A DNA stretch of 60,202 bases, filler included, from Dehalococcoidia bacterium (GTDB taxonomy: Bacteria > Chloroflexota > Dehalococcoidia > DSTF01 > RBG-16-68-14), in assembly GCA_040882355.1 (NCBI GenBank). It is 4 parts of 4 records of this genome, joined end to end, with 100 filler letters (N's around TTAATTAATTAA, not from the genome) between each part and the next. Parts side by side here need not be neighbours in the genome. Positions count along the whole stretch, not along the records: positions 16,744 to 32,879 come from JBBEBM010000058.1; positions 32,980 to 46,570 come from JBBEBM010000063.1; 2 more parts are not named here. The stretch is one strand, 5' to 3'. The notes beneath the pieces are model-generated. The model worked only from the letters and a program-made list of their open reading frames with translations. It was not told the origin of the DNA and ran no database searches. The translations under genes and the position numbers were made by a program. Each line of letters begins with the position of its first letter. Position 1 is the stretch's first letter. Positions 27,584 through 38,161 of the stretch are shown here, in pieces.

Positions 27584-28492
27584 CTACTGGAACCCCATAA
27601 CGAAGCCGTCCTTGATCGGCTCGCGCTGTTCGAAGAACGGCCCCATCGCCTCCACGAGCCCATCTACGGTCCACGCACCCTCGGCGTCGAAGCTCTGCGC
27701 GACGGTTGGGCCGGCGAGCACGGACGCGCGGTTGCCGTAGATGATGAACACCTGGCCGGAGACTCGCTCCGCCGCCCGCGACGCGAGGAAGCCGACCAGC
27801 GGCGCGACGTTCTCAGGCGCGAACGCGTCGAAGCCCTCCTCCGGCTTATTGAACATGCCGCCGCCGATGGCCTCGGTCATGCGGGTGCGCGCTCGCGGGC
27901 AGATCGCGTTGGCGGTGACGCCGTAACGCTGGCAGGCCTGCGCCGTCGCCATCGTCAGCGCAGCGATGCCGGCCTTCGCCGCCGCGTAGTTCGGCTGGCC
28001 CGCCGAGCCGAGCAGGAACGCCTCGGACGCCGTGTTCACGATCCGGCCGTAGACCGGCCCGTTCTGCTCCTTGGCGCGGTCTCGCCAGTAGGCGGTCGCC
28101 CAGCGCGTGGTGCAGAAGTGGCCCTTCAGGTGCACGCGAATGACGCCGTCCCACTCCTCCTCCGACATCGTGAAGACCATCCGGTCGCGCAGGAAGCCGG
28201 CGTTGTTGACGAGGATGTGGAGGTCGCCGAAGGTGTCCAGGGCGGTGTTGATCAGCTTCTCGGAGTCGTCCCAGTTGGCAACGTCGCCGTAGTGAGCGAT
28301 CGCCTCGCCTCCGGCGCCGGCGATCTCGTCGACGACCTGCTGGGCCGGGCTCTCGCTGCTTCCCGAGCCGTCCGCCTCGACTCCCAGGTCGTTCACCACG
28401 ACCCGGGCGCCCAGCTTGGCGAGCTGCAACGCCTCCACCCGGCCGAGCCCTCGGCCAGCTCCCGTGACGATCGCGACCTTCCCCTCTAGCAT
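27584..28492 (-). CDS. SDR family oxidoreductase (3-oxoacyl/hydroxyacyl-CoA type)
   Basis: TGAGRGLG, NNAG, YAAAK. Confidence 0.93.
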   Translation of the reverse strand: MLEGKVAIVTGAGRGLGRVEALQLAKLGARVVVNDLGVEADGSGSSESPAQQVVDEIAGAGGEAIAHYGDVANWDDSEKLINTALDTFGDLHILVNNAGFLRDRMVFTMSEEEWDGVIRVHLKGHFCTTRWATAYWRDRAKEQNGPVYGRIVNTASEAFLLGSAGQPNYAAAKAGIAALTMATAQACQRYGVTANAICPRARTRMTEAIGGGMFNKPEEGFDAFAPENVAPLVGFLASRAAERVSGQVFIIYGNRASVLAGPTVAQSFDAEGAWTVDGLVEAMGPFFEQREPIKDGFVMGFQ

Positions 28493-28551
28493 GCGGCGTC
28501 TCCTCCTCTTACGCGCTCAACTCGCGGGCTGAGCGCCAGAATCGCGTCCCG

Positions 28552-28580
28552 TTGACTTCGCAAGTAGGCAAGCGTACCAT
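28552..28580 (+). promoter_or_regulatory. Sigma70-type promoter of P450 operon
   Basis: TTGACT-N17-TACCAT. Confidence 0.55.
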
Positions 28581-28650
28581 GATACCCGCCGCCAATTCGC
28601 GATGTCGAGAGCGCGAAACGCGGCGCAAGCCGGAAGCGAGGGATGGATAG

Positions 28651-29913
28651 TTGAAGCTGGAAGAGATAAACCTGCTCGACCTGGACCGCTTCGTCGAGGG
28701 CGTCCCCTTCGAGGAGTTCGCGCTGCTCCGGGCCGAAGCGCCGGTCTACCTGCATCCCGAGCCCGACGGCGGGCCGGGGTTTTGGGTGATCACCACGTAC
28801 CACGACATCGTCACCGTCTCGCAGGACTGGGCGACGTACTCGTCCGCGCAGGGCGTCGTCGGCCTCTCGCGCGCCGAGCGCCAGTACGGCGGCGACGACG
28901 CCGACCCCGAAGCGGGCGGGCCTGCCGCAGAGGGCGCCCAGCTCATGATGCTCAACATGGACCCACCGAAGCACACGAAGCTGCGAAAGCTCGTCAACAC
29001 CGGCTTCACGATGGCCCGCATCAACAGGCTCGAGGAGGCGGTGCGCAAGGTGACGACGGAGATCCTCGACAGGGTCGCGGACCGCGGCGAGTGCGACTTC
29101 GTCACCACCATCGCCGCCGAGCTGCCGCTGCAGGTGATCGCCGAGCTGATGGGCATCCCGCAGGAGGACCGGCACAAGGTCTTCGACTGGAGCAACCGGA
29201 TGATCGGCAGCGCCGACGAGGAGTTCCACTCGGCCGGCGGCGGCCCGCTCCAGGCGAGCATGGAGATGTTCGCCTACGCGGAGGAGCTCGCCACGAAGCG
29301 CCGCACAGAACCGCGAGACGATCTGATCAGCGTGCTCCTGGGCGCCGAGGTCGACGGCGAGCAGCTCACGCCGCTGGAGATCGACGTCTTCTTCCTCCTC
29401 CTCGCCGTCGCCGGCAATGAGACGACGCGCAACTTGATCGCCGGCGGGATGATCGCGCTGTTCGAAAGCCCCGATCAGTGGCAGCGCCTCCTCGATGACC
29501 CGTCGCTCTGCACCAGCGCCGTCGAGGAGATGCTGCGCTGGGTGACGCCGGTAATGTACTTTCGCCGCACCTCGACGCATGACATGGAGGTGCAGGGCCA
29601 GCAGATCAAGGAGGGCGACAAGGTGTCGCTCTGGTATATCTCCGGCAACCGCGACGAAGAAGTCTTCCCACACGCCGATCAGTTCGACGTCGGCCGCAGC
29701 CCGAACATGCACATCGCGTTCGGCGGCGGCGGGCCGCACAACTGCCTGGGCCTCAATCTCGCGCGTCTCGAGATCAAGGTGATGTTCGAGGAGCTGCTCC
29801 GCCGCATGCCGGACCTGGAGCAGACCGGACCGGCCGCCCGCCTCCGCTCCAACTTCATCAACGGCGTCAAGCACCTGCCGGTGAAGTTCACGCCCGCCAG
29901 GGTGCCCGCGTAA
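28651..29913 (+). CDS. Cytochrome P450 (CYP125/124-like)
   Basis: AGNETT, EMLR, FGGGGPHNCLG heme motif. Confidence 0.95.
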   Translation: MKLEEINLLDLDRFVEGVPFEEFALLRAEAPVYLHPEPDGGPGFWVITTYHDIVTVSQDWATYSSAQGVVGLSRAERQYGGDDADPEAGGPAAEGAQLMMLNMDPPKHTKLRKLVNTGFTMARINRLEEAVRKVTTEILDRVADRGECDFVTTIAAELPLQVIAELMGIPQEDRHKVFDWSNRMIGSADEEFHSAGGGPLQASMEMFAYAEELATKRRTEPRDDLISVLLGAEVDGEQLTPLEIDVFFLLLAVAGNETTRNLIAGGMIALFESPDQWQRLLDDPSLCTSAVEEMLRWVTPVMYFRRTSTHDMEVQGQQIKEGDKVSLWYISGNRDEEVFPHADQFDVGRSPNMHIAFGGGGPHNCLGLNLARLEIKVMFEELLRRMPDLEQTGPAARLRSNFINGVKHLPVKFTPARVPA

Positions 29914-29921
29914 CGGCGCGA

Positions 29922-30236
29922 ATGTCGGACTTCGTGAAGGTCGCTGACCTGGCGGAGGTGCCGTCCGGCGAGATGGTGCTCGTCGACCTCAACGGCGAGG
30001 AAGTCGCGCTCGCGAACGTCGACGGCGCGATCTACGCCGTGAGCGACACCTGCACGCACATGGCAGGCCGTCTCTCCCAGGGCATGCTCGAAGGCGCGAT
30101 CGCGACCTGCCCGCTCCACTCGGGCCAGTTCGACGTCCGCACCGGCGAAGTCGTGAGCGAGCCGCCCGACGAGCCGCTTCGCACCTATCGGGTCGTAGTC
30201 AACGACGCCGGCGAGATCCTCGTCGCAGTTGACTAG
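29922..30236 (+). CDS. Rieske-type [2Fe-2S] ferredoxin
   Basis: CTH...CPLH ligands. Confidence 0.93.
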   Translation: MSDFVKVADLAEVPSGEMVLVDLNGEEVALANVDGAIYAVSDTCTHMAGRLSQGMLEGAIATCPLHSGQFDVRTGEVVSEPPDEPLRTYRVVVNDAGEILVAVD

Positions 30237-30238
30237 CG

Positions 30239-31396
30239 ATGGACTACGGCTGGGCGCAGGAGTACGTCGACTTCAGAGAAAAGGTGCGCGCCCTCGTCGA
30301 CGAGCACGACTCGCCGGAGATCCACCTCGAGTACTCGCAAGAGGACCGGCGCGGCCCGCGCACGGCGGCCTTTCGCAAGGCGCTCGACGGGCGCGGCTGG
30401 CTCCGCATGTGCTGGCCCGTGGAGTACGGCGGCGAAGGCAAGTCGCCGTGGTACCAGTTCATTCTCATCGAGGAGTTGGAGTACCGCGCCATGCCGTACG
30501 GCCTGCTCAGCGTCACGTCGGTAGCGCCCGCAATCATGGCCTACGGCAGCGACGAGCAGAAGAAGCGGTACATGCCCGGCATCTGGGACGGCTCGGTCAG
30601 CTTCGCCATCGGTTACACGGAGCCCGAAGCCGGCACCGACCTCGCGTCGCTGCAGACGCGCGCCGTCCGCGACGGCGACGACTGGGTGATCAACGGCCAG
30701 AAGATCTTCACATCAGGGGCGCATTCGGCGACGCACGTCTGGCTCGCGGCGCGCACCGATTCCGACGCGCCCAAGCATCGCGGCATCTCGATGTTCATCG
30801 TGCCGATCGACGCGCCCGGCGTCACGATCACGCCGATGTACACGATGTCCGGCCTGCGCACGAACCAGACGTTCTACGACGACGTGCGCGTCTCCAGCGA
30901 CGCCCTCGTCGGCGAGGAGAACCGCGGCTGGTACATCGTCGCGCATGCGCTCAACCACGAGCGCGTTGGCCTCGCGCCGACGGGCGGCCTCGGCCGCAGC
31001 TTCGATGCGCTGGTGCAGTACCTGCGCGAACGACGCCCCGAGGCGCTCGAGGACCCGCAGGTGAGAATGCGACTCGCCGAGATGCGGATGGAGGTCCACG
31101 TCCAGCGCGCCCTGGCAACGACGAACGGTTCGATCATCGCGAACGGCGGCACGCCGACGATGGAGGCTTCGATGGCGAAGGTCTGGAGCAGCGAGCTGCG
31201 CCACCGACTGCACAGCCTCGCCATGGACCTGCTCGGCCGCTACGGCGGGTTGACGCGCGAGTCCGGCGATCTTGCGCCCGCGAACGGCCGGCTGGAGATG
31301 ATTTATCGCACGTCGCCCATCCTACGCTTCGGCGGCGGCACGAACGAGATCCAGCGCTCGATCATCGCGCAGCGCGGCCTCGGCCTGCCGCGATGA
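30239..31396 (+). CDS. Acyl-CoA dehydrogenase (catalytic subunit of heteromeric pair)
   Basis: GYTEPEAGTDLASL, NGQKIFTS, LNHER, GGGTNEIQR. Confidence 0.93.
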   Translation: MDYGWAQEYVDFREKVRALVDEHDSPEIHLEYSQEDRRGPRTAAFRKALDGRGWLRMCWPVEYGGEGKSPWYQFILIEELEYRAMPYGLLSVTSVAPAIMAYGSDEQKKRYMPGIWDGSVSFAIGYTEPEAGTDLASLQTRAVRDGDDWVINGQKIFTSGAHSATHVWLAARTDSDAPKHRGISMFIVPIDAPGVTITPMYTMSGLRTNQTFYDDVRVSSDALVGEENRGWYIVAHALNHERVGLAPTGGLGRSFDALVQYLRERRPEALEDPQVRMRLAEMRMEVHVQRALATTNGSIIANGGTPTMEASMAKVWSSELRHRLHSLAMDLLGRYGGLTRESGDLAPANGRLEMIYRTSPILRFGGGTNEIQRSIIAQRGLGLPR

Positions 31397-31406
31397 GCCG
31401 CTAACG

Positions 31407-32513
31407 ATGGACCTCGCGCTCTCGGAGACCCAACAGCTCGTCCGCGACTCCGTGCGGGATTACCTGGCGCGCGAGGTGCCCTTCGACCGCATCCGTGAAG
31501 TCGAGCGCTCCGGCAGCTACGATGTCGAACTGTGGCGCTCGCTCCAGCAGCTCGGCTGGCTCGGCCTGCCGTTCCCCGAAGCGATCCGCGGCTCGGGCGG
31601 CTCGATCGCCGACCTCGCCGTGCTGATCGAGGAGCTCGCGAAGCGGGCCGCGATCATCCCCATCCTCGAGACGATGGTCGCCGCGCTCACCATCCAGCGC
31701 TTCGGCGACAACGCGGCGCGTGAGACGGTCGCTGCCGTGCTCGCGGGCGGCGCGATCGTCGTGCCCGCTGTCCTCGAGGCGAACGACCGCTTCGACGACG
31801 TGCGCATGGCGATCGACGGCGGACGGCTCAGCGGAGAGAAGTACTTCGTCGACTACGGCGCCGACGCGACACATCATCTCGTCGCGGCGTTGCGCGACGG
31901 CGAGATCGCGCTTTACCTCGTCGCGCGTGACGACCCGGGGGTGAAGGTCGAGCCGCTCCACACCATCGGGCGCGCGCCGCAAGCGCGCGTGACGTACGAC
32001 GGCGCCACGGCTACGCCGGTCTGCGGCGGCGACGGCTATCGCTACCTCGTCCGGCTCGGGCGCGCGCTGGCGGCGGTGCAGTGCCTCGGCTGCGCGCAGC
32101 AAGCGCTCGACATGACCGTCGACTACGTGTCGCGGCGCGTGCAGTTCGGCCAGCCGATCGGCTCGTTTCAGGCCGTGCAGCACCACTGCGCGAACATGGC
32201 GACGATGGTCGAGTCCGCCCGCTTCCTCGCCTACGAGGCCGTCTGGGCCGTCGACCACGACCTCGCCAGCGACGAGCAGGTCGCCCTCGCGAAGGCGTGG
32301 GCGTCGCGCTCCGTCGCCGAAGTGACGATGCAGGCGCACCAGCTCCACGGCGGCATCGGCATCGTGGAGGAGTACGACCTCTACTTCTTCAGCCTGCGCG
32401 GCAAGGAGCGAGCGCTCGCCTGGGGCAGCGCGGAGGAGTGCCTCGCCATCGTCGCCGGCTCGGTCGACCAGCGTGAGGACTGGCTGCCGATGTGGCCATC
32501 AGCCAGCACCTAA
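31407..32513 (+). CDS. Acyl-CoA dehydrogenase (partner subunit)
   Basis: RVQFGQPIGSFQAVQH, QLHGGIG; lacks the EP..G.D motif. Confidence 0.9.
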   Translation: MDLALSETQQLVRDSVRDYLAREVPFDRIREVERSGSYDVELWRSLQQLGWLGLPFPEAIRGSGGSIADLAVLIEELAKRAAIIPILETMVAALTIQRFGDNAARETVAAVLAGGAIVVPAVLEANDRFDDVRMAIDGGRLSGEKYFVDYGADATHHLVAALRDGEIALYLVARDDPGVKVEPLHTIGRAPQARVTYDGATATPVCGGDGYRYLVRLGRALAAVQCLGCAQQALDMTVDYVSRRVQFGQPIGSFQAVQHHCANMATMVESARFLAYEAVWAVDHDLASDEQVALAKAWASRSVAEVTMQAHQLHGGIGIVEEYDLYFFSLRGKERALAWGSAEECLAIVAGSVDQREDWLPMWPSAST

Positions 32514-32592
32514 AACGTCACCCGCCGAACGAAAGACATCGCGAGAGGCCGGCGCGCCCGACGAATCTCGTGACCTAGCGACGCCACCGGCG

Positions 32593-32879
32593 CTATGGCT
32601 CTGCCAGCTTCCCGTTGCGCGGCGGTTGGTCCGGGTGCGGCATGGCACAGGTCGAACCGTGGCGGCCGTAGACGAACTGCACATCCTTGATGTCGATGTC
32701 GCCGTCACTGTTGATCTGACCGGACGGCTCCAGGTCGAAGCGGTCGTTGTAGAGGAGCGCGCCGAGCTTGGTGCCCCAGCGGAAGGCGAGCAGTTGCTCG
32801 TCGCGCACGTCCACGGCGCAGTCACCGTTCACGTCGCCTTCCAGCCAGCGGATCGTCAGCTCGCTGTCGTCGCAGCCGA
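32593..32879 (-). CDS. C-terminal fragment of surface protein with dockerin/EF-hand-like (flexitail-like) tail
   Basis: DVNGDCAVDVRD...SDGDIDIKDVQFVYGRHGSTC. Confidence 0.65.
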
Positions 32880-32979
32880 NNNNNNNNNNNNNNNNNNNNN
32901 NNNNNNNNNNNNNNNNNNNNNNNTTAATTAATTAANNNNNNNNNNNNNNNNNNNNNNNNNNNNNNNNNNNNNNNNNNNN
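32880..32979. other. Artificial contig linker
   Basis: N run with TTAATTAATTAA. Confidence 0.98.
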
Positions 32980-33484
32980 TCGCGCCGCTGGTGAACCACT
33001 TGTGGCCGTTGATCACCCACTCGTCGCCGTCGCGGACCGCGCGCGTCTGGAGGCCGGTCGGATCGGCGCCCGAGACGTCGGGCTCAGTCATCGAGAAGCA
33101 CGAGCGGATCTCGCCCGCGACGAGGGGCTTGAGCCAGCGCTCCTTCTGCTCCTGGGAACCGAACTGGTGGAGGATCTCCGCGTTGCCCGTATCGGGCGCG
33201 GCGCACCCGAATGCGCGGGGCGCGATCGGGCTGCGGCCGAGGATCTCGTTCACGTAGGCGTACGGCAGGAAGCCCGTCCCGTTCCCGCCCGCCTCCGGGT
33301 CGATGAACAGCGCCCACATGCCGGCCGCCTTCGTCTTCGCCTGCAGCTCTTTCATCAGCGCCTGCGCCGCCTCTGGGTTGCCTTCGTGGAAGACCGGCTC
33401 GTTGGGGTAGATGTGCTCCTCCATGAAGACGGTCACCTTGCGACGAAGCTCACGCACCTCTGGGGAGACGGAGAAATCGACCAT
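32980..33484 (-). CDS. Acyl-CoA dehydrogenase, N-terminal part (truncated by gap)
   Basis: MVDFS start; APDTGNAE, FSMTEPDVSGAD, NGHKWFTSG. Confidence 0.9.
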
Positions 33485-33565
33485 TGTGGCACCTCGCGGT
33501 TGGAATTCGGGAGCTAGCGCGCGGATTGTACCACAGGCCAAGCTGGGCCAGAACGACGACGCAGA

Positions 33566-33593
33566 GCGGCCCTCGAGAAAACTCGAGGGCCGC
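33566..33593. terminator. Perfect hairpin downstream of ABC operon
   Basis: GCGGCCCTCGAG-AAAA-CTCGAGGGCCGC; weak U tract. Confidence 0.5.
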
Positions 33594-33618
33594 CGGCCTT
33601 CGCGCGCGTTAGCTCGCC

Positions 33619-34497
33619 TTACTCAGATGCCATGGGCTCGAGCGCCGTCGACTCCAGGCCCCAGTCCGCAAGGATCTCCGCGTACTCGTTGCTGGCCATC
33701 AGCGCCGCGACCGCCGCCTCAATCGCGGCCTTCAGCTCCGGCGAACCCTTGCGCACGACGATCCCATACGGCGCGGGGTCGATCTGCGTCCCGACGACTT
33801 CGAGCGCGCCGTCCGACTGCTCGGCGTCGAAGCTGGCGACCGGCATGTCGGACAGATTTGCGTCGGAGCCGCCGGTACGCAAGTCCTGGACGGCCAGCGG
33901 ATTCTTGGCGAACGCGACGACGTCGATCGGGTCGTCGCACTGTTCGTCGCTGAGCTTGCTCACGAGCGTCGACTGAATGCTGCCCAGCACCACGGTAACG
34001 GTGCGGCCGCAGAGGTTCTCCAGGCCGTTGATGTCATCTGGGTTGCCGGCAGGAACCAGGATCCCGGTGCCGACCAAGAGGTATGGCACAAAATCGGCCA
34101 ACTTCTGCCGATCCTCGGTGATCGTCAGCGCCGACATCACGATGTCGAACTCGCCGCTGTTGACGAACGCGAGCAGCCCCTCGTAGCCCGTGTTTTCGAA
34201 CTCGACCTGCACGCCTAACTTCCTGGCGATCGCCTTAGCGAGGTCGATGTCGAGGCCCGCCGGCGTCTCCGTCCCCTCTTCGAAGAATTCCATCGGCGCA
34301 TATGAGATGTCCGAACCGACGGTCAGCATCCCGTCCTGCAGCTCCGGCACGTTCGAGACGTCGACGGCTCCGGGGATAGCATCGGGTGTCGACGCGGGCG
34401 GGTCTACGCTCGTCTGGCCGCCGCAGGCCGTCAGGGCCAGCGCAGCCCCCAGGGCACCGGCGAGTAGCATTCGACGCGTCCACCTACGATATGTCAT
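33619..34497 (-). CDS. Polar amino acid ABC transporter substrate-binding lipoprotein
   Basis: LTAC lipobox; YAPMEF, GLDIDLA, SALTITEDR. Confidence 0.92.
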   Translation of the reverse strand: MTYRRWTRRMLLAGALGAALALTACGGQTSVDPPASTPDAIPGAVDVSNVPELQDGMLTVGSDISYAPMEFFEEGTETPAGLDIDLAKAIARKLGVQVEFENTGYEGLLAFVNSGEFDIVMSALTITEDRQKLADFVPYLLVGTGILVPAGNPDDINGLENLCGRTVTVVLGSIQSTLVSKLSDEQCDDPIDVVAFAKNPLAVQDLRTGGSDANLSDMPVASFDAEQSDGALEVVGTQIDPAPYGIVVRKGSPELKAAIEAAVAALMASNEYAEILADWGLESTALEPMASE

Positions 34498-34577
34498 GGC
34501 AAAGTTCTCCTTCAGGCACGAGGGCGCCCTGGGTTGATTCGCTAAGGCACCTATCGGAGTTTTCGGCAGGCCACGGC

Positions 34578-35411
34578 CTAACTTGCACGCCGGGAGGGGG
34601 TCCGGGATGACGTGTGGGAGTCGGGGCCAAAGCTGGCGCCCCAGAGGATCTTGCTCAGGAAGGCCTTCGTGCGCTCCCGCTGAGGGTGATCGAATACGGC
34701 CTGTGGCGTCCCCTCTTCCAGGACCACGCCCTCGTCCATAAAGGCGACCCGGTCCGCGACTTCGCGGGCGAAGGCCATCTCGTGCGTCACGACGATCATC
34801 GTCATGCCATCACGGGCAAGCGACTTCATCACGTCCAGAACTTCGCCCACCAGCTCCGGGTCGAGCGCCGAGGTCGGCTCGTCGAAGAGCATCAGCTTCG
34901 GCTCCATCGCCAGCGCCCGCGCGATGGCCACACGCTGCTGCTGGCCACCCGAGAGCCGCGCCGGGTGCTCGTCGACCTTGTCGTCAAGCCCTACCCGCGC
35001 GAGCAGAGCCCTCCCCGCTTCCTCTGCGTGCTTGCGCGGCAGCTTCCTTACGCGCATCGGCGCCTCGATCACGTTGCCGAGCGCGCTCAGGTGGGGAAAC
35101 AGGTTGAACCGCTGGAAGACCATGCCGATCGCCGCGCGTTTGCGCGCGATCTCGCGCTCGCTGTCCTCTTTGAGCTGGCCGTTGCGCTCTCGGTAGCCGA
35201 CCAGATCACCATCAACATAGATCCGTCCGCCGTCCAGTACCTCGAGATGGTTGATGCAGCGAAGCAGCGTCGTCTTGCCCGACCCGCTCGCGCCGATGAG
35301 GACGACGACCTCGCCGCGTTGCACGTCGAGACCCGCCCCACGCAGCACCTCCAGCGCACGGAAGCGCTTGTGGACGTCGATGCACTGCACCATCAGGTCA
35401 GTCATGTTCAC
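34578..35411 (-). CDS. Amino acid ABC transporter ATP-binding protein
   Basis: [26 protein letters not shown]. Confidence 0.95.
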   Translation of the reverse strand: MNMTDLMVQCIDVHKRFRALEVLRGAGLDVQRGEVVVLIGASGSGKTTLLRCINHLEVLDGGRIYVDGDLVGYRERNGQLKEDSEREIARKRAAIGMVFQRFNLFPHLSALGNVIEAPMRVRKLPRKHAEEAGRALLARVGLDDKVDEHPARLSGGQQQRVAIARALAMEPKLMLFDEPTSALDPELVGEVLDVMKSLARDGMTMIVVTHEMAFAREVADRVAFMDEGVVLEEGTPQAVFDHPQRERTKAFLSKILWGASFGPDSHTSSRTPSRRAS

Positions 35412-35438
35412 TCAACCTATGCACGCCTCGAACGTCCC

Positions 35439-36200
35439 TCAGGCACCTCGGCCGCTACCCGTGAGCGCGAGTGCTCGCGAGACGAGCGTCTCCGGCTGCT
35501 CGCGCTCTCCTCGGGAGAGCCACCGCTCCAGTTCGGCCTGGAGGAGGCTGAAGACCGTGACCACGACGAGGTACCAGAACGCCGCGACCATGTAGAGCTC
35601 CAGCACTCGATGGTTGGCCGCCGACTGGAGCTGGGCCGCGTTGGTCAGCTCGACGATACCGATCGCGAAGGCGACCGAGGTGTTCTTGAGCATGGCGACG
35701 AACTCGTTTCCGGTGGGCGGCACCATCGTCCGAACCGCCTGGGGCAGGATCACGCGTCGCATCGCCTGTATGTTGGTCATGCCCAGGCTCTTCGCGGCGT
35801 CCTTCTGATTCGTATCCACAGAGCGGATGCCGCTGCGCACAATTTCGGCCATGTAGGCGGCCTCGTTCAAGCCGAAGGTGATCACCGCGGCTCGCCAGCG
35901 CGTCCACTCGTCGTTGAAGACGTCACTGTCGATGAGTTCCTTCAGGCCGAAGAAGACGATGAGCAGTTGGAGCACGACGGGCGTCGCCCGCCAAAACCAC
36001 ACGTAGAACCCCGCAAACCCCGACACGAACGGGTTCTGGGAGACGCGCATCACGCCGAGCGCGACGCCAAGGACGACTCCTAGCGCCATCGAGGCGGCGG
36101 CGATATAGAGCGTCTCTCTCAATCCTCGGAGGATGATAGGATGGAAGAGAAAGTCGCCGACGGTGCCCCAGTCGAACAGAACAGCGAGGAACGCGCCCAT
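35439..36200 (-). CDS. Amino acid ABC transporter permease
   Basis: RATPVVLQL, AAYMAEIVRSG, ILPQA, LKNTS. Confidence 0.94.
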   Translation of the reverse strand: MGAFLAVLFDWGTVGDFLFHPIILRGLRETLYIAAASMALGVVLGVALGVMRVSQNPFVSGFAGFYVWFWRATPVVLQLLIVFFGLKELIDSDVFNDEWTRWRAAVITFGLNEAAYMAEIVRSGIRSVDTNQKDAAKSLGMTNIQAMRRVILPQAVRTMVPPTGNEFVAMLKNTSVAFAIGIVELTNAAQLQSAANHRVLELYMVAAFWYLVVVTVFSLLQAELERWLSRGEREQPETLVSRALALTGSGRGA

Positions 36201-36331
36201 GGTCTCTTTATCGGCGCGGTCCGCGACGGGCTCAAGGGCGGCGATCCCCTACTGCGCTCGGTCACCGGCCTGCTCTGGGCCCGGGCGCACGAACGCACGG
36301 CCAATCTGGCCGTGCGTTGAGTGATTCTCAC

Positions 36332-36406
<75 letters not shown>

Positions 36407-36505
36407 CGGTCAACACCCAGTATACAGCGGCCTTCGGCGATCGCAAGGCGGTTGACAGGGCGGCATACCGCCCAGTAGCATCGTCGCAGCGAAGGGAGAA
36501 CCGCG

Positions 36506-37345
36506 ATGAGCCAGATACGAGAGCTAGAGGCCGAGCTGCGCGCCATCGGCGCCACCTACAGCGGCAAGTGGACCTGCGCTCTAACCGACCTCTCGACGGG
36601 GGAACACATCGCCATCGACGAGGACGACGCGATGCCTACCGCGTCGCTGATCAAGACGCCGATCCTCGTCGCGCTCTACCAGGCCGTCCACGAAGGCAAG
36701 CTCTCGCTCAGCGACCGCGTCCGCTACGGCTCCGAGCACACCTGCCTGGGCTCCGGCGTCCTCCAGTACCTCGACCCGGGCGTGGAGCTCTCAGTGCGCG
36801 ACGCCGCCGTGCTGATGATGATCATCTCCGATAACGCCGCGACCAACCTGTGCATCGACCTCGCCGGCCTCGACCGCGTCAACGAGCAGATGCGCCGTCG
36901 CGGCCTGCAGACGACCGAGTTGAAGCTGCGCCTGGGCGACTCTGGCATCGGCATGGAGGGGCGCAACATGGCCGTGAGCACCGCCGGCGAGATCGTGCGC
37001 CTGCTCACCCTCATCTACCAGCACGAGTGCGTCTCGCCGGAAGCGGACGAGGACATGCTGCGCATCATGCGCCGTTGCCAGACCCGCGCCGAGCTGACGC
37101 GACTCTTGCCCTGGAACGAGCTGAACATGCTGCCCAAACACCGCGACAACTGGGTGGCGGAGAAGGGCGGCTCGTTCATGAACGGCGTGCGCACCTCCGG
37201 CGCCGTCTTCCACGGGCCGCGCGCGACCTTCGTCATGTCCGCCTTCTGCGAGGGCGGGCTCGCCGGCGGCGCCGGCCCTAACTCGGAGGGCAACGAGCTC
37301 AACGGCAAGCTTGGCCTCGCCGCCTGGCAGGCTCTGGCCGAATAG
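36506..37345 (+). CDS. Class A beta-lactamase-related serine hydrolase
   Basis: SLIK (SxxK), SDN, KGG; no signal peptide. Confidence 0.85.
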   Translation: MSQIRELEAELRAIGATYSGKWTCALTDLSTGEHIAIDEDDAMPTASLIKTPILVALYQAVHEGKLSLSDRVRYGSEHTCLGSGVLQYLDPGVELSVRDAAVLMMIISDNAATNLCIDLAGLDRVNEQMRRRGLQTTELKLRLGDSGIGMEGRNMAVSTAGEIVRLLTLIYQHECVSPEADEDMLRIMRRCQTRAELTRLLPWNELNMLPKHRDNWVAEKGGSFMNGVRTSGAVFHGPRATFVMSAFCEGGLAGGAGPNSEGNELNGKLGLAAWQALAE

Positions 37346-37456
37346 CATCGGGCGCACGGCGGTTCGGCGTTCCAGGTCCGTCGTTCCTGATTGACGGGCG
37401 TCGCCTTCGTCTCGTACCATACGGAAGCTCATGCGTACGAATGAGGCTACGTTCTG

Positions 37457-38161
37457 ATGACCGGGGCCGCGATCATTGACCAGGCGCGCCAGCAAGGCCG
37501 CACTCTGCTCTCCGAGGTGGAAGCGAAGCAGCTCCTGGCCGAAGCGGGAATCCCTGTCGTCGAAGCGCGCCTGGCTACGTCACGCGACGAGGCCGTCGCG
37601 TTGGCTGGCGAACTGGGCTACCCGGTCGCCCTCAAGGTCGTCTCGGCCGGAATCGCGCACAAGAGCGACGTCGGCGGCGTGAAGCTGAACCTCGCCTCCG
37701 CGGAGGACGTTGGCGCCGCCTTCGACGCGATCCTGCAGGCCGCGAAGGCCGCCGCGCCCGAAGCGACGATCGAAGGCGTCTCCGTGCAGCGGATGGCCGA
37801 ACCGGGCATCGAGGTGATCGCCGGCATGACGACCGACCCGCAGTTTGGGCCGGTGCTGATGTTCGGCCTGGGCGGCGTGCTCGTCGAGGTGCTCAAGGAC
37901 GTCGCCTTCCGCATCGTCCCCATCGTCGCTCGCGACGCGCGCCAGATGGTGCGCGAGATCAAGGGATTCCCGGTGCTCGAGGGCTATCGAGGCCAGGAGC
38001 CCGCCGATCTCGATGCGCTGGAACAGCTCCTGCTCAGGCTGTCCGCGTTCATCGAAGCGCACCCTGAGTTCGCGGAGCTCGACCTGAACCCCGTCTTCGC
38101 CTACGCGAAGGGCGCCGTCGCCGTCGACGCGCGCATCGTACTGTCTACGGAGAAAGCATGA
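37457..38161 (+). CDS. ADP-forming acyl-CoA synthetase, ATP-grasp (beta) subunit
   Basis: HKSDVGGV, FGPVLMFGLGG, ELDLNP, VDARI. Confidence 0.92.
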   Translation: MTGAAIIDQARQQGRTLLSEVEAKQLLAEAGIPVVEARLATSRDEAVALAGELGYPVALKVVSAGIAHKSDVGGVKLNLASAEDVGAAFDAILQAAKAAAPEATIEGVSVQRMAEPGIEVIAGMTTDPQFGPVLMFGLGGVLVEVLKDVAFRIVPIVARDARQMVREIKGFPVLEGYRGQEPADLDALEQLLLRLSAFIEAHPEFAELDLNPVFAYAKGAVAVDARIVLSTEKA

